Below, one piece after another: positions 1 through 12,976 of a stretch of 64,000 bases of DNA (position 1 is the first letter of the stretch; every line of letters begins with the position of its first letter). This DNA is from Klebsormidium nitens (lineage: Eukaryota; Plantae; Klebsormidiophyceae), in assembly GCA_000708835.1 (NCBI GenBank), contig DF237301.1, positions 1 through 64,000 of the forward strand, written 5' to 3'. Under the pieces are notes generated by a model. The model did not search any database and was not told the DNA's origin. It was given only the letters and a program-made list of their open reading frames with translations. Position numbers and translations under genes: made by a program.

Positions 1-1251
1 GATGTTTCATGAAATAAAACATGGACTTCTCCTGCCCCGAGTTGCCGCCCCGGGGTAGAGACTGCTCAGTGACTTGGTCGGCCTCCGTGTTCGACCTTCG
101 CAAGTCTATTCCACAATGCATGAAAGAACAGGATTCCACCTAGGACGTATCTAGGTCGTATCTAGTCAGCTCCACCTCACTTCAGAGTCCGTTTGAATCA
201 TTGCACCAATGTTGTAGTCGGATAGTCGGCCGGCCAGATTGCAAGAAGTTAAAACATCAGGGAACGACGTTGAGAGGTTCAGCGGCTCCCGTCATGCAAG
301 CCTGCCTTCCCGTTCGGCAGGCCATATATTAGTATGTACGAATACTTAGCAATTTTTTCCAGAAAGGTCAACATGCATCCGGTCATTAGTAAACTTTTGC
401 AGAATCACGCCAATGCAGGTTCATGAGTCATGACCTGAGCAAGCCAAATTTTGCGGGGACGCGCGGCTAGCGCAGTGATTGACCCTTAGTTTGATATCGA
501 CCTTGAATGTAATCTAGCTCGTCAAAAGTAGGCGTAACTTGAGGAACATTGCGCCGCGCATGCACGCAGAAGGTTAAGGGACCACATGAGCAATTTTAAC
601 AGGATCGGAGCACTAGAAACCTCACTGATGTCTGTCGCAATGCATGATGAAGAACATTCTTGTACTAGTGAGTCCTAGTTTTAGTTTTATGATTGAGCAC
701 AGCGGTGCGCACTATACACACACGTATACCTGAGACAGGTACATCACGCTTAACTCAACTTAGTCGAGTGTACCGTCACACTAAATAAGCCAATCAAACT
801 ACTGTGCCTGCATCATGCACACCCGGCTCAGATCATTCGAGTTGTCACATTCAAAACCTTCTGGGACAGATACAAAATTTGTTGCGCATGAGTTAGGTGG
901 TGCCAGGCCATCGTTGCACAGACAGCACATAACCGGGACGTCACGTGCGCGATAACTGTCAGACCGCAGCGGTCACGTTGTCGCTTTTCGAACCACCTGC
1001 ATGTGGTTCGAAAAGCGACAACCATGGTCAAATCCTAGCTGCACCGTCGGAAGCACATGCTTCTATGTTGCGTCCATATGGGCGTTCTATGTACTGCGCA
1101 TCGACCGGATGCTTGAGTTGCTAGAAACAGTGCATGGGTTGCGTATGCCTCTAATATGCATAATTCCCTTTTCTGCCAGCAAGTGGCAACTATCAGGCAC
1201 TGTGGTTGCTACAAGTGTAGCCGTGGAGCTCATATGTGGATGCTCGAATCT

Positions 1252-4200
1252 TCACACCCTCGGATTAGGTGGTTGTCCATTGGCTGCAGACACAGTCGAG
1301 CCCCTTCCCCTTCCAGAAGGCCTGCCTTGGTTTCTTTGTCGCTGCTGCGTAGTCCGGTCTACCTTCCCCCTATCGCTCTGTCTCGTCTCTGCATTCCGAA
1401 GGCCTGCACCTTGCGCGTCTACATTTCCGCGGCTGGCTTGCGGCGTGGGCGCTGCGCCCAACAAGCCGTTTACTGCCGCTTCCGATCTCTCATTGCTGCG
1501 CCTGTCTTCTAATCTATGGTTCAAGTCCTGGCCTTTTCTGTCGCCTCTCAAAACCGGGGGGCTGCCCAAGATAGACGCCCCACTGCTTCCTACATCTCTC
1601 AACCGGTCCGAAAGCTCACTAACCCCCTCGTTCAGAGCTCCCCCTTCCCCGCTCATCCGCCTATCCCTGGTGAAGCCCCTTCCTCTTCCTCGCGACCCCG
1701 GTTGACCTCCCCGACCATTGATCCCATTACCGGATTGCCTCCCCGCCCCTCGGTTCGACCTTGCTGCCCCGCCTCGACTGCTGCCAGCGTCCCACCCCTC
1801 TCCTCGCTCGTCTCTTCCTGGCTGGCTTCCTCGTCCACATGGACTCCTCCGCCCCTGACCCCTCCCCGGTTCATTCCCCCGACCACCTCGACCCGAACTG
1901 GTCGGCCTTTCCTCCTCCCCCCGGAACCCCTCTCCCGCTCCCAGAGCACCCCTCCGGCTACTCGGACCCCGGCCATCGTCTTGTGTAGAAGCGCCCCCAA
2001 CTTCTGACGCTGTATTTGAACCACTGTCCCGTCTTGCCCCAGAGTTCGGCCGCTCACTGAGCTCTTCGTCTCGGCCCGATGTGACCGGGGCTTCGTCCTC
2101 CGCCTTCCAAAGCGCCGACGAATGGACGAGCGCCACGCCGCCCGACGTTCCGGGGGTGGCCGCCCTCTCTTCGATCAGTCCCCCCCGCCCGCGCTGCGTC
2201 TCTAGGAGCTTTGCGAAAGCGCCCTGACGTGCCTGGTCTTCCGGCGTCGGAACGAAGGCTGTCTCCACAGGCTCAGCTTCGCGGGTTTCCTGACGTCGAG
2301 GAACGGAGCAACATTGGATGAATGTACAAATGAGGATGGTTCCGAGCCTTTCCTGTTTTGAGATTCTGGATGTGAGCACTGTTTGAAATGGGGCGGAAAT
2401 GCACCCCAGACTCGGCTCGTCGGTGAGTATAAGGTATGAAAGTACGGTATACCCTCAAAGCACGGGAAACACTTATCAGAATCTCCACGTGCAAAACAGG
2501 GTATCGAGAATTTGTTAGAATCGCCGCAGAGAACGCGAGTACAAACATCAATTCACAAGCGGCTGAAGACACTTGGCAGGTTATATTTCTTCCTGCATGT
2601 TCGAGGCCTCGAACTAGCATCGCTGCGAGCATCTTCACGTTTCTCAATCTCTCCGCAATTGCCCCTCACCTGCTCTTCTGCATCTGAGGCCAGCGTCCGC
2701 AGCCGTCCAATGTCTTCGGCGTTGACGGACGCACGGCACACCGGACAGTGGAGGGCGAACTCGTCGGAAGCGGAAGAGGGATCCCCCTCCACGGGCTTCG
2801 GACGTCGGACGTCCGACAGGAACGCCTCGTGCTGGCGGAGCTGCCAGCGGAACCAGTCTAGACAGCAGTGCCTGCAAGAGGCACAGAGCGTATTGTGCTT
2901 CTAATTTTATTAAGGCTGTAAAGGTTTTTGTTGTGAAACATATCGCGATGCCCGCGGTTCACTCGGAGGCGGCTCGTCAAACAACAATACTGACTCTAAG
3001 GTTCCAAACAGCTCGCTGTTGGCGGCGTACATTTCCGCGTGCTGGGCCTCGGCAATGAGAGGGACGTCAATGCGGTTCACCCCCTGTAAAGGCCGTGCAG
3101 CTCGTTTGCGGAAAACTGGAGCGAAGGTGAAGAGAGGGGTAATTGCGACGACAGGAAGGGCGGCAATCATGCTGCCCTGTGCGTGACCATTATTTAGTCA
3201 AGGCAGACAATGGTTGGTTGGGGAGAAAGCAAACAAGCTCAGTGAACAAGAGCAATGCAAATCCACAATAAAAGCTATACTTGCAAGATAGCCTCTTCTA
3301 CGTTTGGCTCAGAGACGGAGTTTTCGAACCTGTGGAAGCAGTGGAAGCAATTGGTGAATTTGATGAGCTGTCGGACGTCTTCTTGCCGGTCCGCACCACT
3401 GTCCGCAAACGGGGTCATGCAGAAGCAACAGTCGCCCTCGGGGAGGTTCATGCTCGTCAGCAGGTCGAACGCCGCCTGGACAGCAGAACGAGAAAGCTTC
3501 AGAAATGAACATTCAATATTTGAGGCTGAAGGATCCGTTCCTGAAAAAAGTATGGTTGTGCTCTTGCGTGGAAGCCCAAGGCTCTTCTGGGGGTGGAACA
3601 GAGATTTTGGGAGCTTCTGGAGTAGATGCCTCAGAACGCGACACAAGATGGCTTCATGTCAGTATCTAAAGCTAATGAGAAGAGGTGCTGCGACAGACGT
3701 CAGGCAGAGGCTGCACCAGGTGGCACCTTTGCACCTCCCTTTTTCTCGACAACAAGTTTGATAGAGGAGATGCGGAACAAACTCCGGGACTCCTTGCTGC
3801 CAGAGTCCAGGTTCAGCTGGCCGCGCAAGATGTCAGCTAATCAAATAGGGCTCGCCGTTTGAGCGAAGTGCGCGTCTATTTCTGCCTTTTTGGAAATCGA
3901 GCAGCGCGACGCTCCAGTGTCCGAGTTCAAAGAACATGCACGAAAATTGACCTTGCCATTCCTGCGCCGCAGTCGTCAGGCCACCTACAAGACCCTTAAG
4001 CTAGCAAAGTGCGCCAATTTCAGGGTCCATTCACATCTTTCTCCAGCTGCTCGATTTCTCCAGCTGCTCGATTTGAACACTTCGAAAGCCCTACTCTGGA
4101 TCAGCTCTTTGCAGCTGGCCACTGGAAGCACGTCAAACGCGGGCGTCGTAGAGCGTCCCATGGAAAAACTCCAAATGCATTCCCTCCTTTCAAGAAGCGG

Positions 4201-5297
4201 AGGCTAGCCAACACACAAGCAAAAGGTCACTAGCAACCACCAGAATTCTCACCTCGGCAGTTGCCACGAGAAGGCCGCCCTGGGGCGTCTCTTCCATTAG
4301 TTTCTGCAGCTCCTGCAGCAAGTGCGCCTGCCGGAAGTCACCCAGCCCCTTGCTGTTCTCCAGTGTCAGTTCCGGCAGCTGCTCAGGATACTGCCACAGA
4401 AAAGATTGTCTCTCGGCCTCATTTGCAACGTAAACTAGCGTCCGATGCTACCGATGCTACTTGAAGAACGCTTTGGCGTTTGCAGTTTGGACAATGTGCG
4501 CTCCTTCCTACAATTCTGCTAGTGAATGGCATGTCGCATGGGCGCCTTCAAGTGCTTTCCAAAGTAAGACCATGGTTACATTCTCAGTCTGAGATTGAAG
4601 ACTCAGCAGTTCTGCTACGTCCACTTATAAGCTGATCCCACTGCTTCTTTGTCCAACATAGCGGGAGGTCTGGCAATCACTCGAGGGACAACAGCTTTGA
4701 GCATTAAACGATTGCAGAAAGATCAATGATGATTGGCTGAATCCATGCATTCACAATCTAAACAGTCGTGCACACGCTATCACAGGCACAAGAGAAAGTC
4801 ACTCACATTTGTACTGGCCTTGAAAGCAAGGGTTGTCTGGACGAACTGCACAATACGGCGAGGAACATTGTTGTTCTGCAAACCTCCACATGTTACCATC
4901 ATACCACCACTTAAATCAAATTCCCAACGGAGCTGGTGGTAGGTGTGTTTGCACCAAGTAAGCAAGAGAGCCGTCCTCACCAGCCTGCATGTGAATTTGA
5001 CTGCTCAAAGGCGCACAGTATGTTCAACATGTCCTCAGCTGGTTCTTTGTTGATATGAACACAACAGCTGAAAAAGATCATATACGAAAAGAAGCGGAGA
5101 CACAAAAAATCATCAGCTCTAAGACTTTCCTTCGTCAAATGCCTCACCTGCAAGCTTTGGTCCTCCGCCGTCCGAGGCTTCATTGCGATCTCAAGGTGGA
5201 GCGGAGCCCACGTTTTTACGACCCGACACTCGTCGAAATAGATGGCTTCCAAAGCCTCGATCTCTTCGCACACATCGTCAGGCGCCAATGCTGCCAT
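1252..5297 (-). CDS. RNF25: RWD-domain + RING-H2 E3 ubiquitin ligase (RNF25/AO7-like) with RGG-rich C-terminal tail, ~570 aa, 6 exons
   Basis: Exons 5297-5148, 4845-4807, 4390-4253, 3475-3330, 2871-2670 and 2289-1252 are all GT-AG and phase-consistent. The RWD part reads EEIEALEAIY..FVQTTLAF..YPEQLP..KGL. The RING part reads CCFC..CFHCFHRHC..W..CPVCR. RWD+RING followed by FVPT..RQ..F..Q..RGGLI matches the RNF25 architecture. Confidence 0.85.
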
Positions 5298-5882
5298 CTG
5301 AAAAGTTTCTGCATAACTTATTAACGCCACTCTTCAGAACTTTGAAAGCGGCTTGCCTGGGGAATGGGAATTCATCAAATGCAGGGCGCTGGCTGGCGAA
5401 ACTGTGTTGTCTTTGATTCTTGACCCGGGGCCGCACGGCAGTGAAGGTTGAGTTAAAATTTGCGGGTCAGGAGTCAGGACGATCAGCTTACATCAGTCAC
5501 ACATGGTTAGGGGTTTAACCTGGGTTTTGGCTGACCGTCGATTGGTGTAAGAATTCCAGATAATCCGACGGCCTTTCTTCACATCGACCCTGTCATCTCA
5601 ACGGCTGTAAAGAATTGTTCGACAATGGACGGTCACTTTCTCATTTGAGATTTGCAAATTGCCGGTAAGTCCCATCGCTTATCCAATTCCAACTCCAAGA
5701 ATTCCCCGCGGCGTCCAATTGCCCTTCTCGTGTGGGGTGCTCAGTCGCCGCAAATTGCCCACGCGAATTCCCGGCAGCCTGCATTTACTTCAGCCTTCAT
5801 TGGGATTTGAGCGCCCGGTAGAAGCCATGCTCTTATTTCTGCCATATGCATCAGATGATCAGGTGCAGCAGAACCTCCGGGC

Positions 5883-6083
5883 ACACTTCTCGATTTCATG
5901 TTGACTAAGGCCTAAGCGCATGTTGACTAAAGGATAGTGCTCGGGGGCACGAACAAACCCAAACCGATAAATGACACCCGCTCCGCACCCATACCCACCC
6001 TTAATTCCCTACTAACCCTACCCGTCCCCCGGGTGCTTTACCTTAGTCAACATGCCCTTAGTCAGCATGAAATCGAGACCTAG
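5883..6083. mobile_element. Short fold-back (MITE-like) element A with conserved core
   Basis: Inverted arms TCTCGATTTCATGTTGACTAAGG (5888-5910) and CCTTAGTCAGCATGAAATCGAGA (6056-6078) have one mismatch, with an inner second IR. The 9-bp direct repeat CCTCCGGGC sits at 5874-5882 and 6084-6092. The loop is shared with the elements at 32053 and 37296. Confidence 0.6.
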
Positions 6084-6567
6084 CCTCCGGGCGGCGGGCC
6101 GCTCGCCGCTCGGTTGGAATCTGGAAGTTGCAGTGTGCACCAAAGTGCCGTAAATGCTATCCTCGTATGTAATTTATCCACCACTGGCACCAGAATTGTA
6201 CAGGTCTAGCTGTAGGTACTAGGTACTACCAGACCTGCCTACCTAGACCGGAAGTGGGCCACACTGGTGCCGGCCAGCACTGCAGCAGTCTTCAGCAGGG
6301 AGCCCATGGATGCCACAAGTCTTGCAGGCAAAAGAAGCCATTCTAGGCTGTGTTCTGCACCCAGGTCACATCTTCTGCCTTGCTGAGCACAACTTGGTAC
6401 AGGTCTGTGGTGATGAGAGCGACAGAAATTGCCAGAAACCAAGAGGACAAGAGATTCGAGTGGGGCGGAGTACTGCTGGAACTCAAATGAAGAACAAGTA
6501 GAAGAAGAGTAAGCAGCGGGGTCTAATTTCAGCGGGGACGCGGACTGGCATTGTTGTGTCAGCTGCC

Positions 6568-9500
6568 ATGGCAAACAGCGCGTCAACTCCTCTACTGCCT
6601 GACAAAGATTCTCACATTGTGGAAGCAGACGGGTTGCACCACAACTATCATTCGAGTCTGCCGCACCGCGAGTACAACAATGATCTTCCAGCGGTGGATA
6701 AGGAATGTCTGGAAGAGCTCAGAAAGGCCGGCATTATTGCCAAGCCGACCATCATGGTGAGGAGCTGAGCTTTTTACCCCCTGACGTTGTGGTTTGTCAG
6801 GTTTGCGTGCTGATACAGAAGTTGAATTGAAAATGCCCTCCACTTTGCTGTTGCTAGCATGTCTTGGTGAAAGTGTACGGACTTTGGTTCATCAAAAATC
6901 ATCAAAGCGGGAGCCCTGCTATGCGGCTTCCACTTGAACCTTAACCAAGGCTGCTACAGAGGGTCGATGCAACCTCATACTCCTCACTCCTTACCTGATT
7001 GAAGCCAACTTCTTTGGGCACACTGCCAGATCCGGTGATTTTCCAGCACGACACCCTGCGATCAGAGCTTGCTGTAACTGTGACTGCTACTTAACCACCA
7101 GCACAGAGGTTCAACCCTCCTGGAATTCAATGCCCCTTGAGCACATTGTCAGACGCGATGATTATCAAGAAGCACGGCGTCTACCCTCCAATCAGAGGTT
7201 GCTGCAACCTTGTGAATGCTGACCCTGCCATTGCTGGCGTCAGACAGTTCACATCCTGCATCTCTCCCCTTGCAGTATGACGAATCCTCTCCCGTGGCCG
7301 CTTTGACAGCATTTGGGGGGACGGCCTTGAAGACGGTGTTGCTGCGTCCCGACTTTTACTTGATTATGCTGGTGCACATTGTCTTAAGCTACCTCTACTA
7401 TGACGTTTGGCACAACCCGGTCATTCCAGCCGCTTCGACCGGCCAGGAGCAACCATGGCCGTTCATCTCGGCCGCAACGATTGGTGAGGATTGATCAGCA
7501 CTCGTTGTTGTTTAATCACACTTGGTGGTCAATTCCAACACTCTGCCAGCTTTTCTGGAGAGTTCTTTCACAGAACTTAAAATGACACCGCGTCCGCTAG
7601 TGCATTCTCTGACCATTTTTGCGCACTTTGCGGATGAGGTGGTGTGGACACAATGTCTTGTAATTCTTGACATAACTCTCCTAAGGTCCCCTCAGAATGA
7701 TATGTTACAGGAGAGGCGCCTTCTGGGCCTCTATGACTCCCCTGCGATGCTGTGAGATCATATCCCAGTTCTCGGAGGACACTAGGATCTACCAAAATGG
7801 CACAATTGATAGTTATGTGGATGGGGCACAAAGGAAATAGCCTCTGTATGAAACCTTTTTAGCATGTTCCAAGCATAGCGGGTCAATATTCTGCTTCTTC
7901 CACACAAAGAACATTGTAGCAGGTTCGCTCGGCTTCATTCACCCGCTCAGTATTTGGACCGTACGCCCTTCTAACTGGCTCACAACCTAATCCTAAGAAA
8001 TCAACGACAACAAAGATCTGCAGGAAGCTATCCTTTTTATATATGATGCCAAAACCCCTGGTAATTGTAGTTCTGATTCTTGACCTGTGGATCTTTGCAG
8101 CCATTCCGGGGAGCATGATTGTCTTCTTCCTGGTCTTCCACACCAGTCAGGCATATACGCGCTTCTTCACGCAGTACCTTGCATACCGGGGCATTGAGGT
8201 ACGCGCAATTGAAAACCCTATATTCTAAAAAAGGCCCCTTCTTCTAATCCTGGTTCTTAGGGAAATGCATCTTTAAGCCACTGTGGTTGGGGCTTTTGGG
8301 GTGGTGCTCAATAAGGACATGAAACTCAAAAGAGAGTCGGAAGCTAAGCTTGAGGTACATGAGGCTTTTGTATTGAAGCGGACGTAGGACTTCCAGTATG
8401 CCCTTGAGCCGACCCTCCCCTTCAGCAGCGCTTGACAAGCTGAGTTCCCCTTTGTTTCGCTCATAGCGTGTATTCGCCCCTCCAAATCTTTAAGACAGAA
8501 CCGATTATACGGAGAAAAGAATCCGCGGAGATCCGAGAAAAAGAGAGAGTGCCTTAACTCGGTTAGCAGAGCCGTTTTCTATCTCATATCCACAGGGCAA
8601 GATCAGCCGCATCGCGTCAGAGCTCCGTACGAATCTCCCCGACGGCTCGTTCCCTGAGGCGCGCGTCGAGCGCCTCAAGATCGCGCGCTGGCTGCTATCT
8701 TTCCTGTACCTTGGTCTGGCGAACCTGCCGCAGTACAAAGACAACGGAGTGCTGGATTGGGCCTGGAAGCAGGTGCTGCAATTGGAACTGCTGACGGAGA
8801 AGGAGGAGAATAAGCTCAAGGCCCTGCCCAAGGGTAAGGGTTGAAAGTTTCGCCTCCTTCTTCAAGACTCTATAATCAATCCGGATTTCAGGTAGTGGTG
8901 TAAATCTTGGAGTTTGGCCCAAGCTGCTGATGGAGAAAGAGGAGACTAGATAAGCTCAAGGCGCCGTCCAAGGTCGAGGTTTGGAAACTTCTGTCTCCTT
9001 CCTTTTTGCTTTCTTCTGCAAAAATCTTCTGCATTATCAGCCCGGATGTCAGCTAGTAGTGTAGATTTCGGAGGTTAGAGCTGCTGATGGAGGAAGAGGA
9101 GAATAAGGGTCAATGTGCTGCCCAAGGGTGAGGGTTACAGAATTCTTGTGGAGGGTGTTGAGAGTATATTTCTAGGACTGATGTAAGATTTATGAATTGG
9201 AGCTGTCGAGTGAAGCGGAAGCAGACAGAGCTTGAGCCATTGCCGAAGAGAGATCCCGAAGGGTATAGGGCTTCACTATCAGTTGCTTGGTCTCGAAATT
9301 GGAGGTTGGAGTTGACAGTGGACGAGTTGGCTGAAAGTCAAGGCCCTGCCAAGGAGCCGGAGTTGAAGGGCCTGCCACATAAGAAAGTTCCTCCGATACT
9401 ATTCATTCAGATCCTGGACTATGGTTTGGGAGTCGGAGCTGCTGAGGCTGATGTCGCCAGCAAAGCTCAAGGTCAAAAGTTTGAGCGCTTTGGAGTACGA

Positions 9501-12500
9501 AAATTTTGCGTCGAAATCTAGTAACTACATTCGCGTTTTTCAAGAACTTGGCTTTCAGGAAGTGGGGGGACATGGTGGTGGTCTGGAGCTTAGAGCGAGC
9601 TTTGCTTTTCCGTACATCTGAAAGTCCAGAAGTCGAGTTCTGGCTTAGGACAGGAGGCGAATCTCAAGGTCCTAGAGAAAGCTGAGCGCTCTAGAGCCTC
9701 ATAGAGCTCATGTCGGTTTGAAGGTGATCCTGGAAGCATTTGCAACCGTCTGATCTGGGACTTCGGAGGCTTGCGAGGCGACGCTCACGGCCCCGTCAGA
9801 CGGTAGGGTGTTCTAAGCGTTCGGCAGTAGAGTCCTTCTCCCTTCCATTCCATTAGTGCCGAGGTCGAAGTATCAATATACCACAGGGGACGCTCGAGGA
9901 CTTCCAGAAGTCGAGCGTCTTGGGGTCTTTACTTGTTATAGTGTCCCGTCTGAAGCTCCAGACAGTATCAAAATACCATGAGAGAATGCACTGGAGGCGC
10001 TGGCAAGGGTGACCGTGTTTAGGGTATGGCTGACAGCAATTTCAGTCATGGCAAAAGCTTGTGGGCCACAACCTCAGATTCTGATCGCAAATGATCGATG
10101 ATAAATGGAGGTTGCAACAGCGTCGAGACCGCGAATTTCCAGGCTATGGAACTGAATTGTCTCAAAAAACCTCGCGAGACCTCGCTGCATTCTTCACGAG
10201 TACACATAGGAGAAGCTAAGATTTCTCATACGTCGAACAGACTATTGAAAGCAGCTTTGATAGCAGTGAAAAATTGAGGCTGCATCTTTTTGAACCTAGT
10301 TCTCGTCTTTATAGAAGTTAGTAGCAAACTTTCCATTACGGAAAACTCTCTCCCAGAAAAAAATACAGACGTATTGTTCAGTTTCGCTAGGACAGAGGTA
10401 GCTTCCCTTGATATACCGTACTAACTTTTACGATTAGCACTTTTGTTGCGAATTTATCATTTTCGAATCGATCTGTCGTATCAGCAGGTTGCCAAGAAGT
10501 TTTCGGATCGATCTGCAAATCGGGGTTCTTAGCCTTTTCTGGTCGTTTTTGAGTATAAAGTGGTGAAAAATGCTAGAAAACATTTCCCGACACATTGGCA
10601 AGCTTCTCAAAACATTTTCTTTTTCGACTTGCATCAAGAAAAACATTTAATAAATGCTCATCTAAAAAGTTAGTATGGTAGATCCCTCTTCCTTGCAAGA
10701 GACCCTCGCAAAGATGCACGAGACTGACCATGCCTCGGCTCCTTCTGCAGGCCAGTCGCACGCCAAGGAGCTGATGTCGTGGATCTCGCAGAAGCTGTAC
10801 AGGCTCGAGAAGGACGGGCGCATCGACGCGTTCTGCCAGAACGGGCTCCTCAGCCAGCTGTATGACGTGAGTTCACCAGACAGAGCCCCGCACCGAAACT
10901 GGAGAGCTTGGCTTCGGCCATTTACCTCTTCATTTTGAGGTGGCTGTAACGGTCTTCGTTTAGTGGCCGTTTATCATTCTGTTGGATACTATGTCCACGG
11001 GTGACAAGATGATTGGATGGATGAAAATGCTACACGTGCAGATCGGATAGTGTGTGATTGCGTGATTTTGAGGTTAACCTAGCATCCAACTTTTGACTTC
11101 TTGATGCCCGTTCATCTCAGTTTTCTTCTCAAAGGACCGACTTGCAACAAGAACCCTTGGGACATGGTTATCTCATAACCGTGATTGGTTAGCAATATAT
11201 GCTGCGTTCCGAGCGGCCCCAGGCGGATGCCGTTTGATGGTCGTGTGCTGGTCTGGCATCAATTCCCCCTGTCCCCTTTGACGAACTGTCTCGCGCCCTT
11301 CGAAGACCGCTGACACATCTTACGCCAATTCTTTGACGCTCGGCTCCTCCTCCGTGTAAGCAGCAGCCTATCCTCGCTTCTCAGGAAGCACTCGCCCGCT
11401 CCGAGCCCGGCATGTCGTCACTTTGAATCACACCCGATGAAGCCACCGGGGATTCACGCTGACTGGCAGCGAACTCTTGCTGCTGTAGAAACCCGTTGAC
11501 ACCACATCTCGATGCGACTTGTGCAAAACGGTGTATCTGGTTGTCTGGGCGGACGGCACGTGAGGTGGTTCTTTGCCGTCGTGGGCGGACGGAAGGCGTC
11601 CGCCCCTGTGATACTCCTTGATGTCAATATGCAGCACCACATGAATCGTCAGCTCTTGACGTCACCCTTTTTTGGAACACTACGCGGGAAGCGGGCTGTC
11701 GCTGCTGGAGAACCACGTGGTGCTACCAATCCAGTCATGCTAACTTCGCCCATCAGCTCATGATGTCAGAGTGCCACGTCATCCCATGACGTCACCCTTT
11801 TTTCCTCACAGGCGGGCAGCGAGCTGTTGCTGCTCAAGAACCACGTGTTGACATCAACCCCGTCCCGCTAACTACATTCATCACCTCAGTCACAGTGCCA
11901 CGTCAGCTGATGACGTCACCCTTTCTTCCTCGCAGGCGGGCAGCGGGCTGTCGCTGCTGAAGAACCACGTGGTGATGCCGGTGCCGTTCGCGTTCTTCCA
12001 CCTGCAGAACTTCATTCTGATCATCTACCTGCTGCTGCTGGCGTACACGTACACCATGTTCGCGCGCTACTGGTCCATCCTCGCCATGTTCCTCACCTGC
12101 CTCTCGCTCCTCGGACTGCGCGAGCTCGCGTGCGCGCTCTCCGACCCCTTCGGCAACGACGACACCGTGCGTGCCCTCTGGGAAAAGTTCTTTACTTCGT
12201 TGCGCATCATGCTGGCTTTTTTCGCTCTTCACTTCGTCTTGTGTACAGTTGCCTTTTTCCTGCTCTTTACTTTCGTAATTTCAATTTGGTGTGACGTGAC
12301 TCCAACCCCTTCGGCAACGACGACACGGTGCGTGCCGTGAAGAATGCTTTCTCTCGTGTCTCTTGTCCCAGTTTGTTTTGCATGACTCTCGTCAAACTCC
12401 GATCCTTATACGTCCAAAGCTGGGTGCCCACGAACAGCGTGGCCTCGTGATTTGGTAGCCCCGCATTTGCATGAAGAAACAGACCCTCCCTTTCCAGGCT

Positions 12501-12976
12501 GCATGTCTTATTGACATTCCTCAAAAAGAGGATTCTCACACTCATGTGCGCAGAGTCTAAAGCTCGTAATTGGAACTTGTTAAAGCCCGCTGATTGAGAT
12601 CCTGACTTGGGACGCTCTCCAACCCCGCAACAGCGGTGGACCGCTGAGCGTCGAATCACACTGGTCCTTCTCGTCGTTTCTAAGACCGCCTTCTCCAACG
12701 CGAAGCTGACTCTAGTGTGCCTGTGAGCTTGCGTGCGTCCGTCGATCGAATTCCTCGACAATAACGCAGTGGGTGCCAGCGAACAAGAGGCTTCACCCTC
12801 CCCTTTGCTGTAACAACCGGTGCGGCTGGCCGCGCTCGCTCGTCATCAATTGTGACGCTCCTGCTAAGGTGTTTCAATCTGCCCCTCAGGACTTGCCCAT
12901 CTTTGACTACGTCATCGAGATACACGCGTTCATCTCGACCTTCGTCAGCATGCCGGGCCTCGAGAAAGACGAGTAG
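6568..12976 (+). CDS. Bestrophin-family (RFP-TM/UPF0187-like) anion channel, ~405 aa, 7 exons
   Basis: Exons 6568-6756, 7276-7483, 8101-8198, 8596-8833, 10700-10866, 11936-12166 and 12890-12976 are phase-consistent. Hydrophobic TM segments are present, plus the motifs FFLVFHTSQAYTRF, MPVPFAFFH and ELACALSDPFGNDDTDLP (the bestrophin E..DPFG.D..DLP signature). Confidence 0.85.
8788..9480 (+). repeat. Decaying tandem copies of the bestrophin exon-4 3' end plus donor region
   Basis: Exonic CTGCTGACGGAGAAGGAGGAGAATAAGCTCAAGGCCCTGCCCAAGG|GTAAGG (8788-8839) recurs at ~8924 and ~9081, and more weakly at ~9197, ~9300 and ~9437. The intervening intron sequence is also repeated, giving a unit of ~140-160 bp. 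Confidence 0.8.
11455..11970 (+). repeat. Decaying tandem copies of the bestrophin intron-5 end plus exon-6 start
   Basis: GACGTCACCCTTT..CAG|GCGGGCAGCGGGCTGTCGCTGCTGAAGAACCACGTG occurs at the real junction (~11912) and at ~11788 and ~11658, with a weak copy at ~11460. Confidence 0.85.
12143..12340 (+). repeat. Duplicate of the bestrophin exon-6 3' end plus donor
   Basis: CCCCTTCGGCAACGACGACAC(C/G)GTGCGTGCC occurs at ~12145 (exon) and 12306 (intron), 30 of 31 nt identical. Confidence 0.85.

Noticed and set aside
1-830. Intergenic stretch sharing short words (CACGTATACC) with 29230-29700
   Set aside because: Matches of 10 nt or less with no extended alignment or termini.
1001-2057. Long ORFs 1001-1705, 1516-2007 and 1653-2057
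   Set aside because: Antisense or alternate-frame shadows of the GC-rich RNF25 last exon, with no independent domain.
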